DNA of 64,000 nt, from assembly GCA_030587475.2 (NCBI GenBank), contig JAUQYZ020000089.1, positions 1-64,000 on the forward strand, in the 5' to 3' direction. The notes below the pieces were generated by a model. That model was not told the DNA's origin. It made no database searches and saw only the letters and a list, made by a program, of their open reading frames with translations. Below are positions 29,506 through 40,025 of this stretch, piece by piece (positions within the stretch are counted from its first letter, which is position 1; every line of letters starts with the position of its first letter). Both the position numbers and the translations under genes were made by a program. This DNA comes from Candidatus Sigynarchaeum calidifontis (lineage in GTDB: Archaea; Asgardarchaeota; Lokiarchaeia; Sigyniarchaeales; Sigyniarchaeaceae).

Positions 29506-30957
29506 ATGAAAAAATCGAAGAGCAACATGGGATTGGTGAAAAGTCACATCGTACCCCGGTGGTATCATGATGCAAAGTTTGGCATCTTTATCCACTGGGG
29601 CTTGTATTCCGTCCCCGCGTACGCGCCGGTGGAGGGAAATTATCCCCAGTTATTGAAAAAAGGGTTCAAATACTTCTACAAGCATACACCCTATGCGGAG
29701 TGGTATCAGAATTCGCTGCGCATCGATGGCAGCCCTGTCCAGAAGTATCACGTGCAAACATACGGGAATCGGCCTTATGAGAGCTTCGCCGATGAATTCA
29801 ACTTGTTACTGCCCAAGTGGCGTCCCGGGGACTGGGCAGAGTTGTTCCAGCAAGCCGGGGCCAAGTACACGGTTCTCGTTACAAAGCACCATGATGGCTT
29901 CGTCATGTGGCCGACCGAGCACCCGAACCCGCTCAAGCCAGATTATCACGCGACCAGGGACATACCTGGCGAGCTTGCTCGCGAGGTGCGCGCCCGTGGC
30001 ATCCGATTTGGTGCATACTATAGCGGCACGCTCGACTGGTCGTTCCAGCCCGAACCCATCGTCGATTTCGCCACCATGGTCACCAACGGGCCGACGAGCA
30101 AGCAATACGTCGACTACGCGAACGCGCACTGGCGCGAGCTCATCGACAAATACAGCCCCTCGATCCTTTGGAACGACATCGGCTATCCCCCGGGCACCGA
30201 TGTCAACGAGATCTTCGCGTACTACTATAACAAGCATCCAGATGGATTGGTCAACGACCGCTGGGTTCAAGTCTCCTTGAGGGCACGTAATGCCTTGAAA
30301 ACGAGGTTTGTCAAGTGGCTTGCCAACGGGATAGCCGCCGCGGCGATTAGAAGCGGGAAGACCGAGCCCAACTTCGGTTATCACCACGACTACATCACTC
30401 CCGAGTATAAAATCTATCCCGCGATAAAGAAAGAGAAATGGGAATGCACGCGCGGCATCGGGTTCTCGTTCGGCTATAACCGGGTCGAGGATGAGCATCA
30501 CTATCTCACGGTCGATGCATTGGTGCATATGCTCGTCGACATCGTGTCAAAAAATGGCAATCTGCTCCTCAACATCGGCCCGATGGCGGACGGGACGATC
30601 CCGCCCGTCCAGCGTGATCGCGTCCTGGCACTGGGCCGCTGGCTCGCCACGAACGGGGAAGCCATCTACGGCACGCGGCCGTGGACGCGCCCGTCGGCCA
30701 TCACGGCAGATAACAATGCCGTGCGTTTCACGAGGAAGGGAAACGATCTCTTCGCGATCATCCTTGGTACGCCATCACGGCCACGCGTGGAGGTTTTATC
30801 GCTCCAGATTCCGGCAAGCAGCAAGTTACAGCTGCTTGGAAAGGAAGGCGAACTCGAATGGAAGCAAGAGGGTTCGAGCCTCGTCATGATAATACCGGAC
30901 TTCCCAACTGACGTGCCCGCCCACGCGATCAAGATAATCGGGGGATGTGCGGCTTGA
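29506..30957 (+). CDS. Alpha-L-fucosidase (GH29)
   Basis: WYHDAKFGIFIHWGLYSVP, AEWY, TKHHDGF, LWND nucleophile, VSKNGNLLLNIGP, GEAIYGTRPW. Confidence 0.95.
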   Translation: MKKSKSNMGLVKSHIVPRWYHDAKFGIFIHWGLYSVPAYAPVEGNYPQLLKKGFKYFYKHTPYAEWYQNSLRIDGSPVQKYHVQTYGNRPYESFADEFNLLLPKWRPGDWAELFQQAGAKYTVLVTKHHDGFVMWPTEHPNPLKPDYHATRDIPGELAREVRARGIRFGAYYSGTLDWSFQPEPIVDFATMVTNGPTSKQYVDYANAHWRELIDKYSPSILWNDIGYPPGTDVNEIFAYYYNKHPDGLVNDRWVQVSLRARNALKTRFVKWLANGIAAAAIRSGKTEPNFGYHHDYITPEYKIYPAIKKEKWECTRGIGFSFGYNRVEDEHHYLTVDALVHMLVDIVSKNGNLLLNIGPMADGTIPPVQRDRVLALGRWLATNGEAIYGTRPWTRPSAITADNNAVRFTRKGNDLFAIILGTPSRPRVEVLSLQIPASSKLQLLGKEGELEWKQEGSSLVMIIPDFPTDVPAHAIKIIGGCAA

Positions 30958-31068
30958 TAGCAAGGTTCGATTTCATTTACGGACATAATCGCAACCCCTA
31001 CATTGCGGGTTTCCTATAACCGGCAGATTCATTGTCTTTGAATGGAGATCAACACCTGATGATGCACC

Positions 31069-31638
31069 ATGTCGATCGAGAAAAAACGACTGCCGCCGGG
31101 GCAACACAAGACGGAACGGTTCCCGGTTTTGCAGTATGGCCGGGTCATGCATATCGACCGTGACACGTATGCATTGAAAGTCGATGGCCTCGTTGAAAAT
31201 CCGCTTGTTCTCACGCTGGAACAGCTCGCAAAGCTACCCAAGCTCGACGAGATCGTTGATATACATTGCGTTACATCGTGGAGCAAGTTTGACACGAGAT
31301 GGGCTGGCGTGCCGTTCAAGGAAATAATCAAGCTGGTAAAACCCAAACCAGAAGCGAGATTCGTGGTCATGCATTGCGCTGATGGTGGCTTCACGACAAG
31401 CCTTCCCATCGAGGTGATGAGCGAGGACGACGTGTTGGTCGCGTATGAATATGAAGGCAGGCCCATCACTGACGACCACGGCGGGCCTGTTCGCACGGTC
31501 GTGCCAAAAAAATACTTTTACAAGTCGGCAAAATGGCTCGTGCGCCTGGAATTCGTCGCAGAAGACCAGCTCGGGTACTGGGAGCGCGGCGGGTACAGCA
31601 ATACTGCCGATCCATGGAAGGAGGAACGCTACGCGTAG
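31069..31638 (+). CDS. Sulfite oxidase-like molybdopterin oxidoreductase (YuiH/MsrP-like)
   Basis: RLPPGQ, DIHCVTSWS, HGGPVR, YKSAKW, GYWERGGY. Confidence 0.92.
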   Translation: MSIEKKRLPPGQHKTERFPVLQYGRVMHIDRDTYALKVDGLVENPLVLTLEQLAKLPKLDEIVDIHCVTSWSKFDTRWAGVPFKEIIKLVKPKPEARFVVMHCADGGFTTSLPIEVMSEDDVLVAYEYEGRPITDDHGGPVRTVVPKKYFYKSAKWLVRLEFVAEDQLGYWERGGYSNTADPWKEERYA

Positions 31639-31734
31639 ACCTTCTTGGTAAGCATCACTCCACGATGCTCTTTTTCTTTTAACCGTCCTTGATCGTCGCG
31701 TTTACATATATCACATGGCGTGCTACGGGAGAGT

Positions 31735-33717
31735 ATGAACAAAACGAATGAACCCGTCACCACGAGACACGAGCTTTCGGGGCGGGCTGCCACGATTGCC
31801 AACGTGTTCAAGCTGGTACGGGGCGTGCTACTCGTCAACGCGGCTTCTTTCCTCACCATTGCCCTCGAATATTCGCTGGTGCCACTATTCGCCGGCTTGA
31901 TCGTGCTGCAGCAAGGTTTCTTCACGTTCCTCCTCGTTATCTTCGGGTTGCTCTCGCTACTCGGCGCTTACTATTATAACAAGATAGAAATCACCGGGTG
32001 GAACATCGCCCTTCTCTCGTTCACCGGGTTCCTTTTCTTTGCCCTTTTCATCTTTCTCAACGGGCCATTCAGCCTTCTTGCAAGTTTTTTTTTCATGTTG
32101 ATGCTTTGCTTGAACGTGATGGCGATAGGACTCACGATCATCGCGCGGATCTCGGAATGTATTCACATCAAGCGCGATGGAATGCCCCGGTTGCTCGGGC
32201 ACGTCGATTGGCGTAGAAAATACCCGATAGCCAAGCAAGCTGCCTTCATCCTCACGCTCGTTACGATGGCATCGTTCGGCGTGGGAACATATTTCAACTG
32301 GGGGATCGTGATCACGGTCAAGGCCCCGGACGGCTTCAAGACCATCAGCAGTTACTGGGGGCCGCCGTCCTTGAGCCTCGCTGATGCCACCGTTTCAACT
32401 GCGCCGCTCGATAACAACACGCTGCTCGTGACCCCGGCCAGGATTAACATGACCTTGCCTAACTTCGTTAACGGATCACTCGCGTACATCACGAGCGTGA
32501 ACCAGGCGAGCGCCGTTAATTATTGCAACTATTCGATGGGGGCGCGTTCCTATCCAAACGGCACCGTCCACTTGTCGCAATCGCTGCCGATACTAGGCAA
32601 CGTGACCGTGAAATTCAAGTACGTTTTCAACAACAAGGTACTGCAATATCTGGGGCTCGGTAACAGCACGCTCATCATGAACCACCATTCCTCGTCCCAC
32701 CCGCTGTATCCAAATGGTTACTGGTATTACAACCCCAATTTCTTCGCGTCAATAGAAAAAACGTACTTGTTCCAGCTTCTCGATTACTGGGGGGTTCATT
32801 ACTACTTGAACGTCCACAACGGGATCGACTTCCCCCACGTGTTCAACTACCGCCAGACCGTGCCGTTATGTTATACCATGATCGACTGGTTCGTTGCACA
32901 GCGAGCTCAAGGGTTGTGTTCGGGTTTCCTGGGGATATCCCCGGATTTCGAGGGCGGGGACTACGAGAAACTCTGGTACAACGGCAGCAGCGCGGTACCC
33001 CTGTCTCCGGGCAGCTTGCTACCCGACATCATACCGCAAGCAGAATGGTACTGGCTGAACTGCCAGAACCAGACCTTGTTCGCCGAGGCCGCCACGTCAT
33101 GGGAGGCCGTTTATGATTATGCGAGCGAACGCGGCTTCGGAACCTATATCGTGTTTCAAGGGGATGCAATGCGTGATGTGATCGACGGGGACATCGACAC
33201 GACGCACCTGCCAACCTTCCCGGTCACGGACAACCCGACAGTCCGCTTCGGCATCATGTCCTACCAAGACGGCCAGAGCGATGTTCAAGGCGGCCGATTC
33301 AATCAATTTCGGGATTGCATCGATCAAATCGCCATCTTTGGCGACCGAGGGCGCTCTATCTTGACCGGGTGGATCGCGGCAAACACGCGCTGGTACACGG
33401 ATGACGCGCTCGGCCTCGGCCGGTATATAGAGGATATCTTGATCGCCCAAGCAGCTGGAATGACCGAGATCTTCACCGCGCCGATCTACCGGTTGCAGGG
33501 AAAGTGGGGCGACGACGCGGTGCTCCTCCTCCATCAGGCACTGAACGAATGGCCGAAGTACGAGCACAAGATCGTCGTTCCTGCGTGGGATTACAGCGCT
33601 GATTATATGGACGCGGTCAAGAACTTCAATCACGAATATCAATTTTTCCCCATGATTGCGCTGATAGCCCTTGCCTTGGTATTTCCTTTTATCAAGCGCA
33701 AACAGGCCGCGTCATGA
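31735..33717 (+). CDS. Membrane protein with large extracellular domain (possible TIM-barrel glycoside hydrolase-like)
   Basis: About 5 N-terminal TMs, many NxS/T sequons, GISPDFE, C-terminal TM. Confidence 0.6.
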   Translation: MNKTNEPVTTRHELSGRAATIANVFKLVRGVLLVNAASFLTIALEYSLVPLFAGLIVLQQGFFTFLLVIFGLLSLLGAYYYNKIEITGWNIALLSFTGFLFFALFIFLNGPFSLLASFFFMLMLCLNVMAIGLTIIARISECIHIKRDGMPRLLGHVDWRRKYPIAKQAAFILTLVTMASFGVGTYFNWGIVITVKAPDGFKTISSYWGPPSLSLADATVSTAPLDNNTLLVTPARINMTLPNFVNGSLAYITSVNQASAVNYCNYSMGARSYPNGTVHLSQSLPILGNVTVKFKYVFNNKVLQYLGLGNSTLIMNHHSSSHPLYPNGYWYYNPNFFASIEKTYLFQLLDYWGVHYYLNVHNGIDFPHVFNYRQTVPLCYTMIDWFVAQRAQGLCSGFLGISPDFEGGDYEKLWYNGSSAVPLSPGSLLPDIIPQAEWYWLNCQNQTLFAEAATSWEAVYDYASERGFGTYIVFQGDAMRDVIDGDIDTTHLPTFPVTDNPTVRFGIMSYQDGQSDVQGGRFNQFRDCIDQIAIFGDRGRSILTGWIAANTRWYTDDALGLGRYIEDILIAQAAGMTEIFTAPIYRLQGKWGDDAVLLLHQALNEWPKYEHKIVVPAWDYSADYMDAVKNFNHEYQFFPMIALIALALVFPFIKRKQAAS

Positions 33718-33801
33718 ACCACGAGTAGCCATACACTTGGCTCCCTCGAACCTTTATTATTGTCCAGGCAGAGGTCAATTCACATTTTATAGTGATAGTT
33801 C

Positions 33802-35544
33802 ATGGCAGAACAAAAAAAAGAGGAGCAAGCACCGCAAAGTTTCCACGGCGGCGATGCCCTGGTACAAGCCCTCCATGCTGAAGGAGTTGATTACGTGTTC
33901 GGCATTCCCGGCGGCGAGTTCTTGCCGTTCCTCGAGGCACTCGACCGCTGGGGGACGAAAAACGGCATGCATTACGTCAACGTGCGTCACGAGGCAGCTG
34001 CATCGCACATGGCCGATGCTTACGCGCGCGTGAGCGGCAAGCCAGCGGTCTGCTGCGGAACGGTCGGCCCAGGTTTCTTGAACATGATCCCCGGCATCGT
34101 CACCGCTGCTTGGGACAACGTCCCGATGGTCGTCATACACCCGCAGCAAGGCCCCAAGTTCGAAGATCAGCACCGGTTCCAAGGCGGACTCGACCAGCTC
34201 GGCATGCTGCGGCAAATCGTGAAATACCAAAAGCACGAGGCGAACCCCAACCGGGTCGTCACTGCCGTTCAGAAAGCATTCAAGGAACTCATGGCAGGCA
34301 GGCCGGGCCCTGTCCAGCTCGAGTTCCGCGAGGATGCGCTCAGTGAACAAGTCGAAGATTATGGCCGCGTTATCCTCAAGCCAGAGCAATATCGCTGCAT
34401 CGCGCCGCCCGCGGGAAATCCCGCGCTCATCGGGAAGGCATGCGATCTTCTCGTCGCCGCCAAGCGTCCGCTCATCGTATCAGGGGGTGGCGTCACTGCT
34501 TCGTCGTCGTGGGACAAGCTCCGCAAGCTGTCGCTCGAGCACGGCATACCTTGCATCACGACCGAGATGGGCATCGGAACGATGTCGTCGAACCATGCCA
34601 CCTACATCGGCGCGACCTTGAGCACGGGAGGCGCTCAACGCGCGGCGAGGGAATGCGACTTTATCTTGCTGCTCGGTACCAAGTTTGCCTTCGGCCTGGG
34701 GTACGGGAAAGCACCGCTCTGGAATGCTGGTGCCAAGATCGTGCAAATCGACATCGATCCGTTCATGATCGGCAAGAACCGCGCAGTCGATCTCGGGATC
34801 CTTGGTGATGTGGGCGTGGTGCTCGACCAGCTCAATGCCGAGCTCGACCGGCGGGGAATCAAGACCATTCCCGCGCCCGACTGGTTGCCGGCGCTCAAGA
34901 AGGAACGGGAACTCGCCATTGACTCGGTCAAGCCCAAGCTCACCTCGGCAAAGGTGCCTATCGAGCCGCACAGGCTGGTCGCCGATCTCACTGCATTCAT
35001 GAACCCCGACGACATCTTGTGCGTCGACGGCGGCGACATCGCCGTGATCGCGATCAATGACATCGATTTTATGAAACACCGTGAACCACGCACGGTCCTG
35101 CGCTCCGCGGGCCTGGGGCAGCTCGGCACGTGTATCCCGTACGCGATCGGTGCCAAGCTCGCGAGGCCCGAGAAACGGGTGTTCGCCATCACGGGTGACG
35201 GCTCTTTCCTTTTCAACGTGCAAGAGCTGGACACGGCCATCAAATATTGCACGCCATTCGTCGTCGTGATCGCCGATAATTGCAAATGGGGCATGATCGA
35301 GAATGCGGAGAAGGGCAGGTGGCGAAAGCGCGAACCGTTCTGCGTCGAGCTCTGCAGCAATTACGTGAACATTGCCAAGGGTTTCGGTTGCTATGCCGAG
35401 CGGGTCGAGGACCCGGCGCAGATCAAGCCGGCCTTGCAACGTGCGGTCGATTCCGAGCTACCCGCAGTCTTGCAAGTGCCGATCAAGTTCGTGACGCCGC
35501 CCGGTACCACGCTTCTGCAGGCTTTCAAGGATCTTAAATTTTAA
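33802..35544 (+). CDS. Thiamine diphosphate-dependent enzyme (acetolactate synthase/2-hydroxyacyl-CoA lyase-like)
   Basis: VFGIPG, RHEAAASHMADAYAR, GRPGPV, GDGSF...N ThDP motif. Confidence 0.92.
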   Translation: MAEQKKEEQAPQSFHGGDALVQALHAEGVDYVFGIPGGEFLPFLEALDRWGTKNGMHYVNVRHEAAASHMADAYARVSGKPAVCCGTVGPGFLNMIPGIVTAAWDNVPMVVIHPQQGPKFEDQHRFQGGLDQLGMLRQIVKYQKHEANPNRVVTAVQKAFKELMAGRPGPVQLEFREDALSEQVEDYGRVILKPEQYRCIAPPAGNPALIGKACDLLVAAKRPLIVSGGGVTASSSWDKLRKLSLEHGIPCITTEMGIGTMSSNHATYIGATLSTGGAQRAARECDFILLLGTKFAFGLGYGKAPLWNAGAKIVQIDIDPFMIGKNRAVDLGILGDVGVVLDQLNAELDRRGIKTIPAPDWLPALKKERELAIDSVKPKLTSAKVPIEPHRLVADLTAFMNPDDILCVDGGDIAVIAINDIDFMKHREPRTVLRSAGLGQLGTCIPYAIGAKLARPEKRVFAITGDGSFLFNVQELDTAIKYCTPFVVVIADNCKWGMIENAEKGRWRKREPFCVELCSNYVNIAKGFGCYAERVEDPAQIKPALQRAVDSELPAVLQVPIKFVTPPGTTLLQAFKDLKF

Positions 35545-35607
35545 TCCCCCTTTTTTTAACCTGGAAGCTGGAGAAATCTATTTTTCCCGCCTATTTGATG
35601 CTTATCT

Positions 35608-37098
35608 ATGATCGAACCAGCAACCAAGCATTTTCGGAAATCTCCTCTGACTATTTTTTTGCGGATCTACGGCATCATCTTGCTCGTTATCGGCGCTGCA
35701 TTCATCATCGTTTTCTATATCTTCTTTGCCGCCAGCAACGGCGTGTATTTCGCGGCCGACGTGAAAATTACTTTCGAGAACAACAAGCTCGATGCTGAAA
35801 CAAGCTATCCCTACCCGCAAATCGGTCCGACGTTTGTCCAGGCTATTTTTCCTTTCGCGCTAGGCATCGTCATGTTCGCAGTGCTACTCTTTGGTTACGT
35901 GGCCATATCAAACTTCAAGCGCCCGAAACCCAACAAACCTGCAAACATCACGGCACTGGCCTTTGCTATCCTCGCAGTGGGTGCCGGCGGCGTGATGGAC
36001 TATTTCGCGTCGTCGAACATCCCGTTCTGGTACTACGACGCGGGGCCATACCTCACGTGGTCGAACGGGCAAGATCCCGCGACCAGCATCACCGTGAGCT
36101 GGCACAGCGCCATGTCGACGGGCTCCTCGGTCCGGTACGGGACGTCGCCGGGCAACCTGGATCATGCCGTCTCGAAATACGAGCTAACACAGTTCCACCA
36201 CGTGCCGATCACGGGCTTGCAGCCCAACACCACGTACTATTACCGCGTTGATGCATCGCCGTTCAGCATGAAGCAATTCACCACCGCTCCCCGCGGCAAT
36301 GCATCCTTCTCGTTCGTCGTCTGGTCAGACCCGCGGGAGAATAATGGCTATGAAACGGCGCTCAAGCGTCCAAATTTGCCTCCAATAATGCTGCAGCAAT
36401 CGACCATTGCAGGAAAGCCTCCAGCGTTTTCCATCTGCTGCGGTGACATCACGTCGCGCGGCCAGGATTTTAATACATGGAAGCTTTGGCTCCAGGACAT
36501 CACGACCAACGACTTCGCATCGAACACGTCGCAATTACTCGCGACAGGTAACCACGAGAAACATGACGATATCGGTCAGGTCAATTTGCACAAGTTTTAC
36601 CCGTACACGAACACGACTTTTTCATTCGATTACGGCCAGCTGCACGTCGTGATCCTCGACATCTTCACCCAGGCGTCGAACGCGGATCGATGGTGGACGA
36701 AGGTGCCTTCCCACTTGCTCTCGTGGATGTACCAGGACTTCCAGGCATCGCACGCCACGTTCAAGATTCTGGCGCTACATCCGACCCCGATCAACGCGGA
36801 CGGTACCGCCGCCAACGACACGCACAACGGCGACATCGGCGCGGATCTCTTCAAGCTCGCGAGCGATTGCGGCCTGGACGCGATCTTCTCGGGCCACTCG
36901 CACCGGTACACGCACGCGTTGAATGGACTCACGCACATGTTCACGCTCGGTATAGGCGGAAACGACAATAACAATTTCGGCACCCTTGGTCTCCGTGCCG
37001 GCTATTGCCGTGTCGATATCACGAGTACCACGATGATCATGACGGTCATAAACGCCACGAGTGGCTCATCGTTAGGTACTTTCACGATCACGAAGTAA
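35608..37098 (+). CDS. Membrane-anchored purple acid phosphatase-like metallophosphoesterase with FN3 domain
   Basis: 3 TMs, FN3 (GLQPNTTYYYRV), SD, GD, GNHE, GHSH motifs. Confidence 0.88.
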   Translation: MIEPATKHFRKSPLTIFLRIYGIILLVIGAAFIIVFYIFFAASNGVYFAADVKITFENNKLDAETSYPYPQIGPTFVQAIFPFALGIVMFAVLLFGYVAISNFKRPKPNKPANITALAFAILAVGAGGVMDYFASSNIPFWYYDAGPYLTWSNGQDPATSITVSWHSAMSTGSSVRYGTSPGNLDHAVSKYELTQFHHVPITGLQPNTTYYYRVDASPFSMKQFTTAPRGNASFSFVVWSDPRENNGYETALKRPNLPPIMLQQSTIAGKPPAFSICCGDITSRGQDFNTWKLWLQDITTNDFASNTSQLLATGNHEKHDDIGQVNLHKFYPYTNTTFSFDYGQLHVVILDIFTQASNADRWWTKVPSHLLSWMYQDFQASHATFKILALHPTPINADGTAANDTHNGDIGADLFKLASDCGLDAIFSGHSHRYTHALNGLTHMFTLGIGGNDNNNFGTLGLRAGYCRVDITSTTMIMTVINATSGSSLGTFTITK

Positions 37099-37133
37099 TT
37101 ATTATCCACGGGCACTTTTTCCTATCATTTTTT

Positions 37134-39128
37134 TCAGTGGCACGTTTTCAACCAGACTTGCATGGGGCATTTCTCACGGTTCCCCCATGTGAAATACGGG
37201 ATCGCCGTGATTGCCTGCTTTTTTTTCGATGTCTGGGTGCTAACCAGGCATTCTATGATGCCGATCCCGCCAAATAAACCCGGGTCAATCGTCCAGTGAA
37301 GCGAAGACGTGATGTCTATCGCGACCTGGTCGAAAAGGAAAGAGAAATTCCTAGTGTATTCTATGCAATAAATGATCGGGCCGTTCCTCAAGGCAACACG
37401 ACCTCGATTGGCCTTGACTCTCGGGTCGGGGAAAATGAAGCTTGGCGACGTCTGGAATTTGACGTGCATCGCATCACCTGCCTTCCATACCCTTTTCACG
37501 TGGTGAAAACAGCCCCAGTCGTTGAGCGATACCGGCGCATCATCGTTGATCGAAACACTTGTCCCACCAGACCACGACGGCACCCGCAAGCGAATAACTA
37601 TCGGCCGTTCAGGTGCATCCTTGATGGTGATCGTCGACTGTGTGTCCCACGGGAAGCCGCTCGTCATCTCGAAAGTGAAGCGGGCCCCGTCTGCAAGTGG
37701 CAAGTCGACCTGGCATCCGATATATTGGCCGATGGTGATCGTTGCCACGCCGTCCGTCGTCGCGATGTATTGCCCGAGGGCTCCCACGATGCGACCGATA
37801 TTTGGCGGGCAGCACGCGCAATCGAACCATTCCTTGTGGGAAAAGCCGTTGCGTGAAGCAAGGGGGTTCGTGTAACGATATCGCAAGCCGTCGATCGACC
37901 AGCCGGGGAGGATCGCGTTGTACAACACTAGCTCCATCAAGTCGGCGTATTCCGCCCTCCCCGTCAAGAGTAGCATGCGCCAGTTCCACAAGAAATTTCC
38001 GATCGCGGCGCATGTCTCGCAATACGCGTGTTCGTTTTCAAGCTCGTGATCTCTGCCGAAACCCTCGATGAGTGGCAACGCGCCGATTCCACCGTTGACG
38101 TACATTCGTGACCGGGTCATTCGCAGCCAGATGTCCTTCAATGCTTCCGATAAACCAGCATCACCACGCTCGGCAACCAAATCCGCCATCGCCGAGTACA
38201 TGTACATCGCCCGGACGGCGTGGCCAACGGGCTCGTGCTGGTCCCTCACCGGTGCATGCTGCTGCAAGTATTTCCCGCTTAAATAATTAGATGCAAATCG
38301 TAACTTGTGCAAGAACGATGCAGGTGCCGTGTCGAGCACGATTTTCGTCGCCGGGCGGGGAATATCGCCGTGCTGGCGTTCCCATTCTTTTAATGCTTTT
38401 GATTGCCGGTTCAACAGTGCAGCGATTGCCTTTGCGTTTGCTAGAGCCGTGCGCCATCGGCTCGGATCGTGGCCGCGCGCATCGAGCAAACGCGCTGCGA
38501 GATCTAAATACTTCTGCTCGCCTGTGCAGCGATAGAGCCGCACGAGGGCAAGCTCGATTTCCTGGTGGCCGGGCATAAACTGCTTGTTGACACCCGCCGG
38601 GTCGAAATTTAGCAGAAAATTAGCGAATTTAATTGCGCAATCAAGCAAGTCCCGCTTCCCGAAGAGCTCGTACCTCGCCACTGCAGCCTCTATCAGGTGC
38701 CCCCCACAGTAGAGCTCGTGCATGACGTAAAAATGTCGCATTTTCTCTTCCGGGCACAGGATCGTGAAGAACGTGTTGATGTAACCATCCGGTTGCTGGG
38801 ATCGCACGACGAGGGAAACGATCTCTTCCACCCGTGCCGCGAGTGCCTCGTTCTTGAACCGATACAGCGCGTAGGTCGCCGCCTCGATCCACTTGTACAA
38901 GTCGCTGTCGTAATAGAACATGCCGACGAACATCGATCTCTTCTCCCCGGTGGCGATGCGGAAGTTATCGACGTGGTGGTACTCTTCCAGCTTCGCGTGC
39001 TGCTGCAACAAACTGGACATGGCCATCATCCGCTGCCGGGGCGACCAGAAAGGGTCGTTTATCACCACGTGATCCATCGGAATCGCCCGGGCCGCTGCAA
39101 ACGGCGCTTTTTCTTGCTTGGATGCCAT
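37134..39128 (-). CDS. Glycoside hydrolase family 127 (beta-L-arabinofuranosidase-like)
   Basis: DSDLYKWIEA, HELYCGGH, GHQEIELAL, GHAVRAMY, CETCA and CACCPPN Zn/Cys-nucleophile motifs. Confidence 0.95.
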   Translation of the reverse strand: MASKQEKAPFAAARAIPMDHVVINDPFWSPRQRMMAMSSLLQQHAKLEEYHHVDNFRIATGEKRSMFVGMFYYDSDLYKWIEAATYALYRFKNEALAARVEEIVSLVVRSQQPDGYINTFFTILCPEEKMRHFYVMHELYCGGHLIEAAVARYELFGKRDLLDCAIKFANFLLNFDPAGVNKQFMPGHQEIELALVRLYRCTGEQKYLDLAARLLDARGHDPSRWRTALANAKAIAALLNRQSKALKEWERQHGDIPRPATKIVLDTAPASFLHKLRFASNYLSGKYLQQHAPVRDQHEPVGHAVRAMYMYSAMADLVAERGDAGLSEALKDIWLRMTRSRMYVNGGIGALPLIEGFGRDHELENEHAYCETCAAIGNFLWNWRMLLLTGRAEYADLMELVLYNAILPGWSIDGLRYRYTNPLASRNGFSHKEWFDCACCPPNIGRIVGALGQYIATTDGVATITIGQYIGCQVDLPLADGARFTFEMTSGFPWDTQSTITIKDAPERPIVIRLRVPSWSGGTSVSINDDAPVSLNDWGCFHHVKRVWKAGDAMHVKFQTSPSFIFPDPRVKANRGRVALRNGPIIYCIEYTRNFSFLFDQVAIDITSSLHWTIDPGLFGGIGIIECLVSTQTSKKKQAITAIPYFTWGNREKCPMQVWLKTCH

Positions 39129-39129
39129 T

Positions 39130-39996
39130 TCAAGCCTTCCCTTTCTTGTATTTCTTCACGTGCGCCGCGATGTCGATGCCATCCACGTGGATGCGGGTCA
39201 GGTCCGATTCGCCATGGCCCCGCGCCGTTCCGATTGCCAGATACTTGCACGAGGCCAGGTCTTGCCCCATCAGGTACGAACAGACCGTGTCCAAAGCCAC
39301 GAAATCCGTGCTCGCAAGGAGCAAGCCGTGGTGCATCGGGTTCGCGGCGCATTCATAGCCTTCATTGCCGATGAACCCGTCCACGACGGCGAACGGGGCC
39401 TTTGGGCGGAAATACGAGTATAAATCGTTGATCTTTTCGTGCAATCGCGAATGCATTATCGACTTGTTCGACATGGTGCCCATGAAATTCTTCATCGATA
39501 ACGTGGTGACGGCCATCGAGTGCGTCTTGAGTGCGGGCAGCGATATGATGCAGTCGCATTCCACGGCCACGCGTGACAAGTAGATAGTGCCTTTCAAGGC
39601 CTTAGCACCCGGGATCTCGACCGCCACGCGTTCGTCCGCGTTGAAGTCGACAACGTCGATGCCGAGGGGCTTGCATGCTTGAAAAATGCCATTCCGCTCG
39701 AATGCCTCCGTCGTCTGCGTGGTAAAGCCGCCCTCGCCGACCGTTATCCGCGCCGCCGGGTTAACGGCGCGAATGTACGAGGCGGCCGCTAGGATGACCG
39801 GCGTGGAAGTCACCGTGCCGTTGTGCCAGTCTTCAGCCACCACGAAGTTCGGTTTCAGGACAACGTGGCGAGCGGCTTTCAAGGTGCCGTCGACATGTAA
39901 TGATTTAACGATGGAAAGGAAGCCATCATGGATGGCAGATTCACTTGGCACCCTCGCTGCATAGACGCGGGCATTGACTTTTTGTGTCTGGCTCAT
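39130..39996 (-). CDS. DUF362 family protein
   Basis: VVLKPN, VGEG, LKTH, TLSMKNFMG, DFVALD. Confidence 0.88.
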   Translation of the reverse strand: MSQTQKVNARVYAARVPSESAIHDGFLSIVKSLHVDGTLKAARHVVLKPNFVVAEDWHNGTVTSTPVILAAASYIRAVNPAARITVGEGGFTTQTTEAFERNGIFQACKPLGIDVVDFNADERVAVEIPGAKALKGTIYLSRVAVECDCIISLPALKTHSMAVTTLSMKNFMGTMSNKSIMHSRLHEKINDLYSYFRPKAPFAVVDGFIGNEGYECAANPMHHGLLLASTDFVALDTVCSYLMGQDLASCKYLAIGTARGHGESDLTRIHVDGIDIAAHVKKYKKGKA

Positions 39997-40025
39997 GGGG
40001 CTTCACATTCGCTCCTTAACAGGGA

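Noticed and set aside
33802-35544. ThDP enzyme as sulfoacetaldehyde acetyltransferase (Xsc) linked to the sulfo operon
   Set aside because: It is 24 kb away and I cannot see Xsc-specific features; left as a generic ThDP enzyme.
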